Of a DNA stretch of 64,000 nt, positions 32,060-48,497 are shown piece by piece. The stretch lies in NCBI RefSeq assembly GCF_009914755.1, contig NC_060945.1. One strand, 5' to 3'. The notes below the pieces were generated by a model. The model saw nothing but the letters and a program-made list of their open reading frames with translations. It was not told where the DNA came from and made no database searches. The DNA comes from the human T2T-CHM13v2.0 reference genome, Homo sapiens. Position 1 is the first letter of the stretch; each line of letters begins with the position of its first letter. The position numbers and the translations under genes were made by a program.

Positions 32060-33984
32060 TATTAATATCGCCTTTAATAGTGAAAGGCAGTGCTTTCTGC
32101 CTATGATCAGGAATAAGGAAAGTATGTCCCCTCTCTGCATTTCTATTCAACATTTAGTGGGAGATTCTAGCCAGGGCAACAGGCAAGAAAGAGAAATAAA
32201 AGACATCCAGATTGAAAAGGAAGAAGTAAAACTCTCTAGTGGCAGATGGCATCATTTTGCATATAGAAAATCCTAAGGAATACACACACACATGCACACA
32301 CACCCCAACCTATTAGAGCTAATAAACGAGTTCAGCAAGGTTGCAGGATAAAAGATTAATAAACAAAGCTCAATTATATTTTTACACACTACAATGAATA
32401 ATCTGAGAATGAAATTAAAAAGCAATTCCATTTATAATCAAAAAGAATAAAATGCTTAGGAGTAAATTTAACAAAAAAAGTGCAAGGCTCGTACAGTGAA
32501 AATTATAAAATATTGTTGAAAGAAATTAAGGAAGGCTAAATAGATGAAAAGACACAATGTGTTCATAGATTGGAAGACTTAACATTGTTAAGCTGGATTA
32601 TGAAAAAAAATCACCTATATATGCTTCTAGTTTTCATTTTTAAGTATTTAAATCTTTTATTTTCTTTTATTTCAGCACAAGCAATCTAGTTTTTTTTTCC
32701 AAATGGCTGCCACTAATTCTAATGTTATGTATTAAATGTATCTTTTCCTCACTGATTTGAAATACTGCCCTCTAAATTCCCAAAGTATTTCTTAATTACT
32801 ATGTTTCTTAGTCCCTTGGGATTCTTACAAAACCTGTGTTAACTGGATATATGTCAAAAAAACAAATGAGATAAATAAGAGAATGGAAATATTCACCTAA
32901 GGGTAAGTCAGCAGGAAAGTTCTTCAAGGACATAGTCATTTTAACCAAGTGCTATGTCTAAAGTTCAGTTAGATGGTCTGCATCTGCAGCAGGTGCCAGG
33001 CAAACAAGCAAGAGGGCAAGGATCTAGGGCAATCTGGGGTTTTGTGGCCCTCTTACTGTAAAATCCTTCCCATTAGAGTTCTTGGATTTTTGCGAGAGCA
33101 TGGTGGTTTTTAATAAGCGCATAACCGAAAGAAGGCTTTGCACTTCAAAGCCTGTTGTAATTACCCGCTGCATTAGTAAAGTAAGACCAGTTGCAACAAG
33201 AACTTTAAGTGTTTCATGGCATCTCTTTGCAGCAAGACAGCCTTTCTGAAGGTGACTGCAGACAGACATGGTCCCGCATCTTTGCCAAATACAGAATCAA
33301 CTCAGCATCTCACTGACACTAATTATCAGCTTGTGTTTATTCACATCACAGAAAAGAGCTTAATTTACATAATACATATTGGTCAATTCTTTGCTTTTGA
33401 ACTTCACCTTTGCCCATCAGCGGATCAATATGTATTTAATCTTCTGTTTTAGAACTGATTTTAAGACTCACAGTAAGAGGCCCAGATTTCACAATCATTA
33501 ATTGCTATTATCAGCCCCTTTTCATTTCCTAAACATCAGCAATTTCTTAAAGTTCTGCTTTCATTCCTTTATTAAGTTATCCCTTCTTGTTCATCACTTG
33601 GTTCTACTGTGTCTTTCAACAAAGTACAGAGTTTACAACTAGCCAATAATGTAAAACAAAAGAATGCTCTGAAATTTTCCATTGATTCTCCAGTCTATCT
33701 GACCTCATCAACAACTGCATGCAAAACTCAAGTCGTCTGACCATTTCCTGATGGATGCTATCAAGTACTTCCAAAGTTCCAGATAGGTCTGCCAAAGGGT
33801 AGAGGACTCAGATTCTTCCTTTCTCTCTTTTAAATAAGAACTGAATTATCATCTTTGGATGGCTAATTATTCTATATATTACAGTGTAACTGGTTGCTCC
33901 CTAAATTTTCATATTTTCAAGTATATCAAAATATACTATACTCCTGACTAGCATCAGGAGAATCTGCCATTCCTTCATCACCTA

Positions 33985-34112
33985 ATTCAGGCAAGTCACT
34001 TAATCTCTCTGGGTCTTAGTATCCTCATCTATAAAATGGATTAACAATAGAGCATTTTTGGAAATTATACGATAACCTGAATAATGTATTTTACACAGAG
34101 CCTGGCTCCCAG
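33985..34112 (+). mobile_element. MIR fragment
   Basis: caggcaagtcacttaatctctctggg...tcctcatctataaaatgg. Confidence 0.75.
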
Positions 34113-34626
34113 GACAAATAAGGGACTTAAAGCCCAAATGAAGGACTGTCCTGTTAACAGTATTGCTATCACTGCCATCACGTAGACTAAATAAGGGGTA
34201 GTTACTGAACGGAAGGGAGTCATCTGACTAAATGGTCAGTTGTGTTCCTACCTGCCCGTATATTTACCCTCAACTGATTTTCAACAAGGGAGCCAAATTA
34301 ATTCAATGGAAAAAGAATATTATTTTCAACAAATTATGCTGGAACAACTTGGTATCAATCATGCAAAAGAATGAAGTTGGACTCCTATTTCATACCATAT
34401 ACAAAAATGAACTCAAAATGGATAAAGACCTACAAGTAAGAACCAAAACTCTTACAAGAAAACACAGGGGTAAGTCTTTGTGAGTTTGAATTAGCAATGG
34501 TTTCTTAGATATTACATCAAAAGCACAAATAACAAAAGCAAAAATACACATATATGATTGCATCAAAATTAAAATATTTTGTGCTTTAAAGGACTTCATC
34601 AAGAGAGTGAAAAGACAACCCACACA

Positions 34627-34961
<335 letters not shown>

Positions 34962-35332
34962 TCACATATCTGATAAAGACTTGTATCTAGGATATAAAGA
35001 ATTCCTAAAATTCAATAATAAAAAGACAAATAATCTATTACAAATTGGCAAAGGATCTGAACAAATAAACCATGAAGATAATACAAATGGTCAATAAACA
35101 CACATGAAAAGATACCCAACCTCACTAGCCATCAGGGAAATGCCAGTCACAACCACAATGCGATATCACGTCACACCCACTATGATGGCTAGAATCTAAA
35201 AGACAGATAATAAGTGTTGGCAAGGATGTGGAGAAATTTGAACACTCATATGCTGCTGGTGGGAATGTAAACTAGTGCAGCTACTTTGAAAAACAGTCTA
35301 GCAATGCCTCAAAGTGTTAAACATAAGAGTTA

Positions 35333-35611
<279 letters not shown>

Positions 35612-35635
35612 AAGAGTTACCATATGACCCAGCAA

Positions 35636-36585
35636 CCTCTCTGCTGGGTATATTCCCAAAGGAAATGAAATCAGCATCTTGTAGAGACATCTGCATGCCC
35701 ATGTTCACTGCTGCATTATTCACAGTAACCAAGATATGGAAACAACCTAAGCATCTGTCAACAGATGAATGGATAAAGAAACTGTGGTATGTACATGTAT
35801 GTATATATCTATCTCTATCTCTATATATCTATACCTATAGCTATATATCTAGATATTTCTAGGATCTGAGCAAATATACCATGAAGATCTATATATTCAG
35901 ATATAGAGATCTATAGATATATCTAGATATATAGATATATGTGCATACCACAATTTCTTTATCATTCATAGATATAAAGATATATCTATAGATATAGCTA
36001 TATAGATAAATATATGTGCCTACCACAATATATGTATCTATGTGGTATGCATAAATAGATACACATTATATATCTTTATATTACATATATCTTTATATTA
36101 CATATATAAAGATATATATATCTTTAGAGTATCCATCATTTTTAAGGCTGAATAATATCCATTGTATACTGAATAACTTCCATTGTATACAGAATAATAT
36201 TCATTTTGTGTATATATATAATTGAATATTATTCAGCCTTTAAAAAATACAAATATTATTCATCTTTGTGACAACATACATGAACTTGGAGGACATCATG
36301 CTACGTGAAATTAACCAGACACAGAAAGAAAAATGCTGCATGATCTCACTTATATGAAGAAACTTTTAAAGAGTCAAATGCATAGAAACAAAGAATTAAA
36401 ACTGTGGTTACCAGGAAGGTGGAAGGAGAGGGAAGAAATGAAGAGATATAGGTCAAAGGAGACAAAGTTGCAGATAGGCAGGATGAATAAAACCTAGAGA
36501 CCTAATGTACAACATGAGGACTATAGTTATAATATTATATTGTATACTGGAAGCTTGCTAAGAGAGTAGATTTTAGGTGCTCTCT
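35636..36585 (+). mobile_element. L1MA7/8-like 3' end (extreme terminus missing), split by a TA-rich repeat
   Basis: aaggaaatgaaatcagca; taggtcaaagga.acaaag..gcagat; ctaatgtacaacatgaggactatagtta; gctaagagagtagatttta. Confidence 0.75.
35797..36220. repeat. TA/TAGA-rich low-complexity repeat containing inverted copies of both flanks
   Basis: Directly visible; see the corresponding finding. Confidence 0.9.
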
Positions 36586-36841
36586 ACAGGGTATTAGAGT
36601 GAGCAGAGATGGAGAATCAATGGGAACCTGAAAATGATCATTTTACCTGGTCCAGCTTTGACATACACAGTGAAATTGTTTCTATTTGAAAACAGGAAAG
36701 GCAGTAGTCTAAATTCACTTAACCTCTATATTCTGGGCAAACAAATAATTGTCCAGTTTACAAAAGAGCAACAGGTTTCTTTAAATAGGCCAGTGTTTAA
36801 TTGCTTTCCTGGATGAATTCCTTGTTTTCTGAATAAAGGCA

Positions 36842-36916
36842 TGAGTCAATGAGTTCAATGAGTTCAGCTCAGTTCAGTGAGCACCACAGCTCTTTGCTAT
36901 GTAAATGACCTATTTA
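36842..36916. promoter_or_regulatory. Candidate composite nuclear-receptor element (AP-1, DR3, DR4, RUNX, RORE motifs)
   Basis: TGAGTCA-atg-AGTTCA-atg-AGTTCA-gctc-AGTTCA, then ACCACA, then TGACCTATTTA; motif evidence only. Confidence 0.45.
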
Positions 36917-37552
36917 GAAATGAATTGCATTTCTGAATTTTTCTCAGCAGCAGTTGTTTTTAACCAAGGTCTTGCACATCAATTGTTCTGTAATCTTCAG
37001 GGTTGGGATGGGGAGAGAAACAAAAGAAATAGCAAATTAATTGTACCGTGTAATCGTAAGAATCTACACTTTGAGGGTTTGCCATTTTGTTGATAGGAAA
37101 AAAAATTGCTATGTGCAGTGATACTGTAATCAAAATGACAAGCAATGGAAAAGGAATTTCAGGCATACTCTCCTGTTTTAAGCTGAAGCACAGAGAATAA
37201 AGTACGTAGCAGCCACGGCTTTGATTCTGGTCAGAATTACTCAGGTTTCCTCTCTACAATTGCTTAACCTTGGCCATCAAATTTTGTGCCACTTCTTATG
37301 CTACCATTGTGGGCATATGGAATCATCCTCCTGGGAGCTGTAATTCGTTTCATCTTATCTTGCAGGCAGGGGACCCTGATTTCATTACCAAGGTTGTAGG
37401 CACAAAATGGGATGGCTAGGGTTCACAATGACCCCCACCCCAACCATGGACTTGTTCTGCTCCCACTCTGCCCCTGGCCATGGCAAATTGATCCAAGGAG
37501 GAAGACGCTGGACTCAAACTGAGCCAAAATTAAAGGGGAACAGAAAGTAAAG

Positions 37553-37905
37553 GATATTCTACAAACACCTCACCAATACTCCTCAAAACTGTCCAGTCAT
37601 CAAAAACAAGGAAAGTCTGAGAAATTCTGTCTAGAGAAGCCTCGGGAGATATGACTACTAAATGTAATGCAGTGCCCTGGATGGGCTCCTGGGGCAGAAA
37701 AATGATATTAAATAAAAACTAAGGAAATCTGAGTAAACTGTGGAATTTAGGTAATAACAATGTGTCAACATCCGTTCATTATTTGTGACAAATGTACCAT
37801 AGCAGTGTTAACAATAGGGGAAATAGTACAGGGACTCTTTCTAATATTCTTGCAACTTTTCAGTAAACTGAAACTATTCTAAAATTATAAGTTGATCAAA
37901 AAGAA
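37553..37905 (+). mobile_element. L1MC/L1MD 3'UTR fragment
   Basis: tactcctcaaaactgtc..gtcatcaaaaacaaggaaagtctgagaaa...atgactactaaatgtaatg...cttgcaacttttc.gtaaa. Confidence 0.8.
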
Positions 37906-38199
37906 GGAATCAGAGAGACCAGAGGTGGTTGGAGCGGAGGGTTCTGGCCCCACCCTAGAAAGCAGTCCTGATGCTGAGGATGCTGGAGTGGCCCCAATTC
38001 CTGCTCAGCCTTACGGTCTTTCTTTGATCCCATGAGCTCCCTCAATGTGCTTCCCATAGTCCTAATGCCTAACGTGCTGAAGTTACCCAGGAATGAAATC
38101 TGTTGCTTGCAACCAAAGGTTCTTACCAGAAGCTCTGCTTCTGAGTCCTTAGGAAAGAGGTAGTGCCAGATCTCAATTTATAAGGCAATGGTTGGGCCA

Positions 38200-38576
38200 T
38201 GATGTGGTGTGGATGTTTGTCCCCTCCAAATCTCCTGTTGAAATATAATCCCCAATGTTGAAGGTGGGACCCCCTCATGACTGGCTTAGCAGCATCCATG
38301 GTGATGAGTGTGTTCTCACTCGGTTCATGTGAGAACTGCTTGTTTAAAGGAGTCTGAGACCTCCCCCTTGGCTCTCTGGCTCCCTCTCTCATCATGTGAC
38401 ATGCAGGCTCTGCCGTGATTGGAAGCTTCCTGAGGCCTCACTAGAAGCCCAGCAGATGGCCGGCACCACACTTCCTGTACAGCCTACAGAACCATGAGCC
38501 AAGATAAAACCTCTTTTCTTTATAAATTACCCAGCCTTGGGTATTCCTTTATAGCAACACAAGAACGGACTAACAG
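38200..38576 (+). mobile_element. MST-type solo LTR
   Basis: tgatgtggtgtggatgtttgtcccctccaaatctc...aaattacccagcc...gaacggactaa. Confidence 0.85.
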
Positions 38577-38779
38577 TAAGCTGTAATGCAAATCTTATTC
38601 TGTAATTTTCATAACTTTCCTCAGTAAACATTTTACCAGAGCTCTTGAGACAGAGGAGCACCTATTTCATTCTTTCCTCTCCTCTCCTCCCAGCATGGGT
38701 CTCCACAGAGATGACCCATGCCCATGGCAGATATAGCTAATTGATCACAACACTCATTCCCTGAGCATGAATGCAGAGG

Positions 38780-39192
38780 AGTAGATGCTGTTGGTATTGC
38801 TCCCAGGTCCCTTTTATCACTAAGGGCACCCATTTCCTGGCTGCTATGAATGCCAATACTGGATACTCACAGCTGCCCCCACCTCCACAGAATTGTCTTC
38901 AGCGGAATTGGAGGATCTTCACCTGAGGCGGCCAGCAACCAATAACTGACTAATAAAGTCCAGCCCTCTTGCCTCGAAGTGGGTACAACTCTGAGGTGTG
39001 ATTTATGCTCTACAGGCCTGCATGGGATTAAGCTGAAATTGGGCTGCAGCTGAGACCACATCCCTACATAGCTCCTTCCCCTGCCCTATCTGGTTGCCCT
39101 CACTCCCTTCCTCCAAAGAGCCCCTTTCAATAAACCCAGTGCATCTGAATCCTTGCCTGAGGTTCTGCTTCAGGGAACCCAACACAGTGACT
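38780..39192 (+). mobile_element. LTR16-type ERVL LTR
   Basis: cagccctcttgcctc.aagtggg.acaactctgaggtgtgatttatgctc...caataaa...tctgcttcagggaacccaac. Confidence 0.7.
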
Positions 39193-39765
39193 CTGGCAGC
39201 CACTACCACCAATACATAAGTGTTGACACATGAGGTGAAACCTATTTGACATCTCTACTAGGAAAAATACGAACAAATGGGAGAAATTGTGCCAGCAAAA
39301 AAGGAAACATCAACAAAGAAGCTAGAAGCCTATTTAACCACTGGCCCCTGCAAAGGCCAAGGCGAGTGTATAGCCTGCACGTTCTCTGTGGAGACACCGC
39401 GTTCAGGCACGGTTTGAGACCTGCCCACCATCATCCATCATTGGACTGCCTGTCCTCAACCCACCATGGAGAACAAGCTTTTCTAAGGGAAGGACATCTG
39501 CAGGATAAAATGGGAAAAGAGGAAGGTAAAGAGGGACAGCTCTTACTTCCAGGAGCTGTCCTGTCTGATCTCGGAAGGCATTTCTCCTTCCCTTTGAAGA
39601 GTGTCCTGGAGAAGAAGCAGGCTCACTGTCTCAAGAGCCCCCCTGCAAGTGGCATCAGAGAACTCTCACGCAGTTGGGCATTTTTATTACTAAATATAAC
39701 CTGGCCTTTTTTTCTCTGCTATTGTTTAATGCCAACTGTGTTTTATTTAAAATAAAAAAAGAGTG

Positions 39766-42240
<2,475 letters not shown>

Positions 42241-43856
42241 TCTCTGCTATGCTGGCTTTTCCCCACTATCACCATTCCCTCTCTGTTATCCCTTTGCCCC
42301 TTCCTCAATCAACCCCCAATACCATCACCTCTATGCCCTTGTTTGTGTGGTCCATGTCACTCCTCCCTTCCTCAGAACTCTGTGGGTCCCAAGCCCTTCT
42401 TGTATCTTTGTGACTGTACCACTCTAGTGACTTCTGTAAGTCAAAAGCATTCTTTCCTCTGCCTGTTGCTGCTGTCAAGAAGAGGGAGGGGTGATTTTGG
42501 GGAACCATGAATAGAGGAAAAAGGACATCAGAAATTCCTGTTCCAATGTACAATTCGACGTTTGTCAAAGTGTCTAAATAATCATTCCAACCTCACAGTG
42601 TGAGGATTTGTTTCTTGGGGGAAAAAAAAATACCTCTTTTAGTTTTACATAAGAGATACGGATTCCACCTAACATAACATTGTCTTTAGAATTTCAATTG
42701 TGTAAGAAAAAAATTATATATGTGTACTGGGAAAAAATCTTAGCAAAATATTAACAGCATTTACACCTGTGCAATGGGATTATGAGTAACTTATTTTCTT
42801 CTTAACATACAAATGCCATGCTTCAATAGTGGGGGAAGAACTATTTTAAAGAAGTTAAGCTTTTTCATCCCCAAGGTATCACTTCTCTACACTTGCTTTC
42901 CGTCCGACCTTGAGAAGTTAATTCCCAGCACAAATACCAAGTATTATTATTATTAGGGGTTAGTTTTCTGGTGGGGAGGCAGGAGCTAGGGACAAGGGGA
43001 AGGATATTTTACCTGAACTTAAAGTGGAAAGCATTTATGCAATTTTTCATTCCCAGGAGCAATCTTCCAGCTGGACTAAAAATTCCTCGGAACCTAGCTG
43101 ATACTGATAAGGTTTGACAGAAAATAAAATCCCAATCATTTTCACCCAGAAATGTTGAGCAGAAAACTGAAGTGAGAAAAGAATTTCTATCACCAAAAGC
43201 TTTCTTGTGCTGCTCTTTGTTATTTATAAGATTCTCACCATGAAAGGTTCCCCACGAAGGTGCCATCGCAACCAGGTATGTGCGAGCCGCCTCGGAAGAA
43301 AAATGGATTCTTTGACTGACTGTGAGCCATAGGAGGCTTTTATAATATTCTGACCACAGAAGAGCCACGAGAAAGAAAACAGAACGGGAAAAGGGCTCAG
43401 CATGAGTTCCACCCTTAGGTTTGGTATTTTCTGTTGCTGCTTTTAAACAAAGGAAGCTCAAACTCTATTTAGCCCTCTGAGGAAGAAAAGTGCTACGGGA
43501 TTGGCACATTAATTACATGCCAAGGACATTTTCCTAAGGAGAAAATCTTTGGTGGTTTCAAAGAAAAATACACTGCTGTTGACTGAAAGGGGCTGCTGGG
43601 TTATTCCTGATCACCTTTCCTGAACCACAGACATCTTTTTCTTCTGGGTACTATTGAAACAAAAGAAGTTATAAATAAATAAGTAGGCATCCTTAAAGCA
43701 GAATTCCATTTGAGTTGTTGGGAATTACGTACAAATACGCAGTCCAGGTCTGTGGGGGACACAATGATGTCAATGTCACAGTGCTGCGAACGTTGCATCG
43801 CATTGCTGCAATGTTGGTTCTGGAGACAGCAGAACCAACATCAACCAATTACATGA

Positions 43857-44216
43857 TGCATGGACTGAACCTCTGTGTCCCTTAAATTCATACGTTAAAA
43901 CCTAATCCCCAACATGGTGGTACTGGAATGTCTCTGGACAGGTGATTAGGTCACGAAGGTGAAGCCCTCACGAATGGGATTAGTGTCCTTGTAAGGAGCT
44001 AAAGAGAGGAGAGTTGTCCCTTCCGCCACATGAGTACCCAGCAAGAAGATGCCATCTAGGAACCAAGAGCAGCTGCCACCAGATGCCAAACCTACGGGGC
44101 CTTGTTCTTGGACTTCCCAGCCTCCAGAACTGTGAGAACTAAATTTCTCACAGTTGTTGTTTATAAGCCACCCAGTTGGTGGTATTTTCTTATAGCAGCC
44201 AAAACAAACTAAGACC
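43857..44216 (+). mobile_element. MLT1A-type LTR
   Basis: aaattcata.gtt.aaacctaatccccaa...gaatgggattagtg.cctt...ttggacttcccagcctccagaactgtgaga...actaagac. Confidence 0.85.
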
Positions 44217-45374
44217 GTGACCCTGGGCAAAATCAAGGGATACAGCCAGACTTGGTTTCTTCTCCATCTACAGGATGGTGATAATAATAGCACACAAAAA
44301 TGTTGTCACGATTAAATAAGACTTGGATGTACAATATATGTTGCTACACTTACTTGTATTTATACATGAATGCCCTGGTCTTTGTACACAAACATCTGTG
44401 TCTGCAATGGACTGCCACAGACACTGACGCCCAAAAGATGTGGTTTTGGTTTTTTTTAAAGTACCTACTCAAGGAAATTAGTCCAGCCATCCCTTCTCAG
44501 TGAACTCGTACTGCAGAGCGTATTTGCATCCCTCTCCCTTGGATTCATTTATTTGCAGTTTATTTTTCTAGCAGTCACTACAATCCCCATAATACAGGAA
44601 GTCTCATTCATGGCTCATGTCTGGGAGACTTGACAGATGCTGCTTAAATATTTAGAAATTTCTCTTTAAAGAAAGCAGCTGAAACCGAAGCCTGTCAAGC
44701 TGTTAAAATGTGGCCCTATTCCTCAAGTTCACATTTAAATGTTAAGATTATATTTGGCTTTCAGCGTTTCTAGAGAGACCGTAGTGATTTTTATATGTAT
44801 ATTTTTTCAGAGTCAACATAGATGGCACTTACTTTTTCATAACTTTCATATACAATGTCATGACTGAAAACTAAACATGTAACTGACTGTTCACTTTCAG
44901 TTTAAGTAAATCATTTGGTGTGGTTATTACGAAAGTAGAACTTCAAATTCTTTTCCATCCAAAGAAAACACAATTAAAATCCGAGCAACATTCCAGTGGA
45001 GTACTGCTTTATTTGAAGAAGCAAAATGTCTAGCTGACAATAAAAAAAAAAAAAAAAAACTCAAGAAAGCGACAGAGCCAACTGTCAAGGATGTGACACC
45101 AAATGGTAACTTAAGTGTCATCGTTCTTATGATTCTGTCTCAGTGAAGATGGTGTGGCAGGGTGATGGGCTACATCCTATTTCCCTTTCCTTGGAAGGAA
45201 CATGGAGTTCCTGAGAATTTAGGAAGACTTGGAGCCAGCTACCTCGGCCTTGTTGCCTGTCTGCTAGACCAGACTGTCTGAAGCAGAGATGTAAGAAATT
45301 AAACATCAGAGAAGGAACTAGGGCTTCTCAGGCTGGGTTTCTGACATTCTTTCCTCCCCTGGCAGGTGTAATAA

Positions 45375-45854
<480 letters not shown>

Positions 45855-46319
45855 AGAAAGGATTTTTACAGCAGCAAGAAGCAGCCTGAGAGCGATTGAA
45901 TTTTCCAATATAAACCTGAATCCACATCAGGAGGAGGGATGATAAGGCTCCATGGCCTGTCACTTTCCAAAGATGCCTGGATATGGCCATTTCGGAAGGT
46001 GAAAGCCAGTGCCTGTTTCCTCATCATATTCTTCTACTGAGTAAAATAGATAATCTTAGGTATAAATATACGTCATTTTTTTCATGGCATTTAATATAAT
46101 TATTTCATTTTGGTTGGGGAAAAAGGTCATAGCCCATAAGTATATTTTCTTCATCTGAATTAGACTGTACTTAAAAAAAAAAGAAAAAGTTTTTGAGTGC
46201 TGGAGCACAGCAAAAATGTCTCTGCTCCCTGTTTGTAAAATGGTCACTCTGTGATTAAAAGCCTCCTTCTAAATGTGACTTCTTGTCTGTATTCTTGAAT
46301 GTAGACAGTATTTAGCCAG

Positions 46320-46440
46320 TGAATCATTAGTCATTTTTTTCCCCACAAATATGATTGAGCACCTGCTATGTGGAAGGTCCTGTGCTGGGCTTATCAAAAA
46401 GAATGTCCCTATCCCTGCCCTCCAGAAGCTCCCAGTGTTG
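46320..46440 (-). mobile_element. L2 3' fragment
   Basis: caaatatgattgagcacctgctatgtg...ctgtgctgggc...atccctgccctc. Confidence 0.65.
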
Positions 46441-46574
46441 TGGGACTCTGATGGATGGACAGGGGTAGTGAAGACTCAGACATGGTGGGGCCATGTCGAA
46501 CTGGTAATGTTTTAAAACACTTCTTTCAGCAAAAGTGTAGCCAGACTCCTAACAAGTGAGTGAACTATTTATCT

Positions 46575-48115
46575 ACCTCCCCAAGACAGTGTGGTACTGG
46601 CAGAACAAAAGAGAGCACCTGGAAACAGACCCACACAGACAGAACCAACTGATTCTTGACAAAGGTGAAAAGCGATTCACTGGAAGAAGGATGGCTTTCC
46701 AACAAACGGTGTGGACTTATTGGACATCCAGAGGCAAAATAAATAAACTTCAGCAGAAACCTCACACCTTATTAAAAAAAATTCAAAATAGATCACAAAC
46801 CTAAATGAAAAACGTTAAACGTTTTAGAAGCAAACACAGGAGAAAATCTTTGTAATCTGGGATTAGGCAAAGAGTTCGTAGATATGACACCAAAAAAGAT
46901 AAAGTTGCTAAATTGGACTTTATCAAAATCAAAAACTTGCTCAGTGAAAAGTTAAGAGAATAAAAAATCAAGCTACAGACTGGGAGATAATATTTTTTAA
47001 ATACCTAAAAAAAGAGTTGGATCTAGAATATAAAAAGAACTACCAAAGTGCAGCAGTAAGAAAATCAGACAACCCAGTTTTTAAAAAATGGTCAAAACAC
47101 TAGAATAGGTGTGTTACCAAATGGTATATATATGTGACAAGCATATGAAAAAGATGTTTATCATAGTCATTAGGCAGATGCAAATGAAAATGATCATGAA
47201 GCACCACTGTACACCTAAAACCTGACAGTAACAAGTGCCGGTGAGGATGCAGAGAAACTGGAACATCTAAACATTTCTTATAAAGTTAAACACAGACTTA
47301 CCATATGACCCAGCAATCCTACTCACAGGGGTTTACCCAAGAGAAATGTGAGCCTGTGTCCACTCAAAAATTTGTATGCAGATACTTATTAGAAGTTTTA
47401 TTCACGACAAGGCCAGGCGCGGTGGCTCACACCTGTAATCCCAGCACTTTGGGAGGCCAAGGCAGGCAGATTACCTGAGGTCAGAAGTTCGAGACTAGCC
47501 TGGCTAACATGATGAAACCCTGTCTCTACTAAAAATACAAGAATTAGCCAGTGAGCCGCAATGAACTGCAGTGAGCCGAGATCGTGCCACAGCACTCCAG
47601 CCTGGGCGACACAGCGAGACCCCGACTCAAAAAAATAAAAATAAAAAAGAAGAAGAAGTCATAACACTATAAAACTGGAAACCACCCAGATGTCCATCAT
47701 CAGTGGGTTAACAAATTGTAATACATCCATACAATGGATAACCAGCAGCAATAAAAAGGTACGACCTAGTGATTCCTGCAATAACATGGATGATCTGAAA
47801 AGCATTCTGCTAAGTGAAGGAAAGTCAGACACAAAAGACTACATACAGTATGATTTCCTTCATATAATATTCTAGAAAAGGAAAAACCATAGCGACAGAA
47901 GAAAGCACAGTGGATTGCGCGGGGCCAGGGCTGGGGAGGAAATTGACTCCAAAAGGGCACACGGGAATTTTTTTTTTTTAGGTGCTGTAAATATGCTACA
48001 TTATAATTGTGAGGTGGTTACATGAGGGTGTATATGTGTCAAACTCATCAAATTGTACATTTCATTTTTTACTAATTTGATCCTTTGTAAAATATGCCAC
48101 AAAAAGCTGACTTTT
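46575..48115 (+). mobile_element. Old L1M (MC/ME-type) ORF2 3' part and 3'UTR
   Basis: ORF 46556 reads KTVWYWQ..ETDPH..QLILDKG; ttaccatatgacccagcaatc; atgctaagtgaa-type 3'UTR. Confidence 0.8.
47411..47650 (+). mobile_element. AluS with internal right-arm deletion
   Basis: Left arm intact, then jumps to gcagtgagccgagatcgtgcc. Confidence 0.9.
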
Positions 48116-48119
48116 ACTA

Positions 48120-48497
<378 letters not shown>

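Noticed and set aside
38449-38463. CTCF-like ccagcagatggccg in an MST LTR
   Set aside because: Mismatch in the core and no supporting context.
39246-39755. 169-aa ORF (similarly 43009-43461, 49819-50310, 59870-60352)
   Set aside because: No recognisable domain; most have non-ATG starts or overlap LTR/MER fossils; lengths are within chance for this composition.
45039-45059. AATAAA merged with an A18 run, possible retrocopy tail
   Set aside because: No TSD or recognisable upstream body found.
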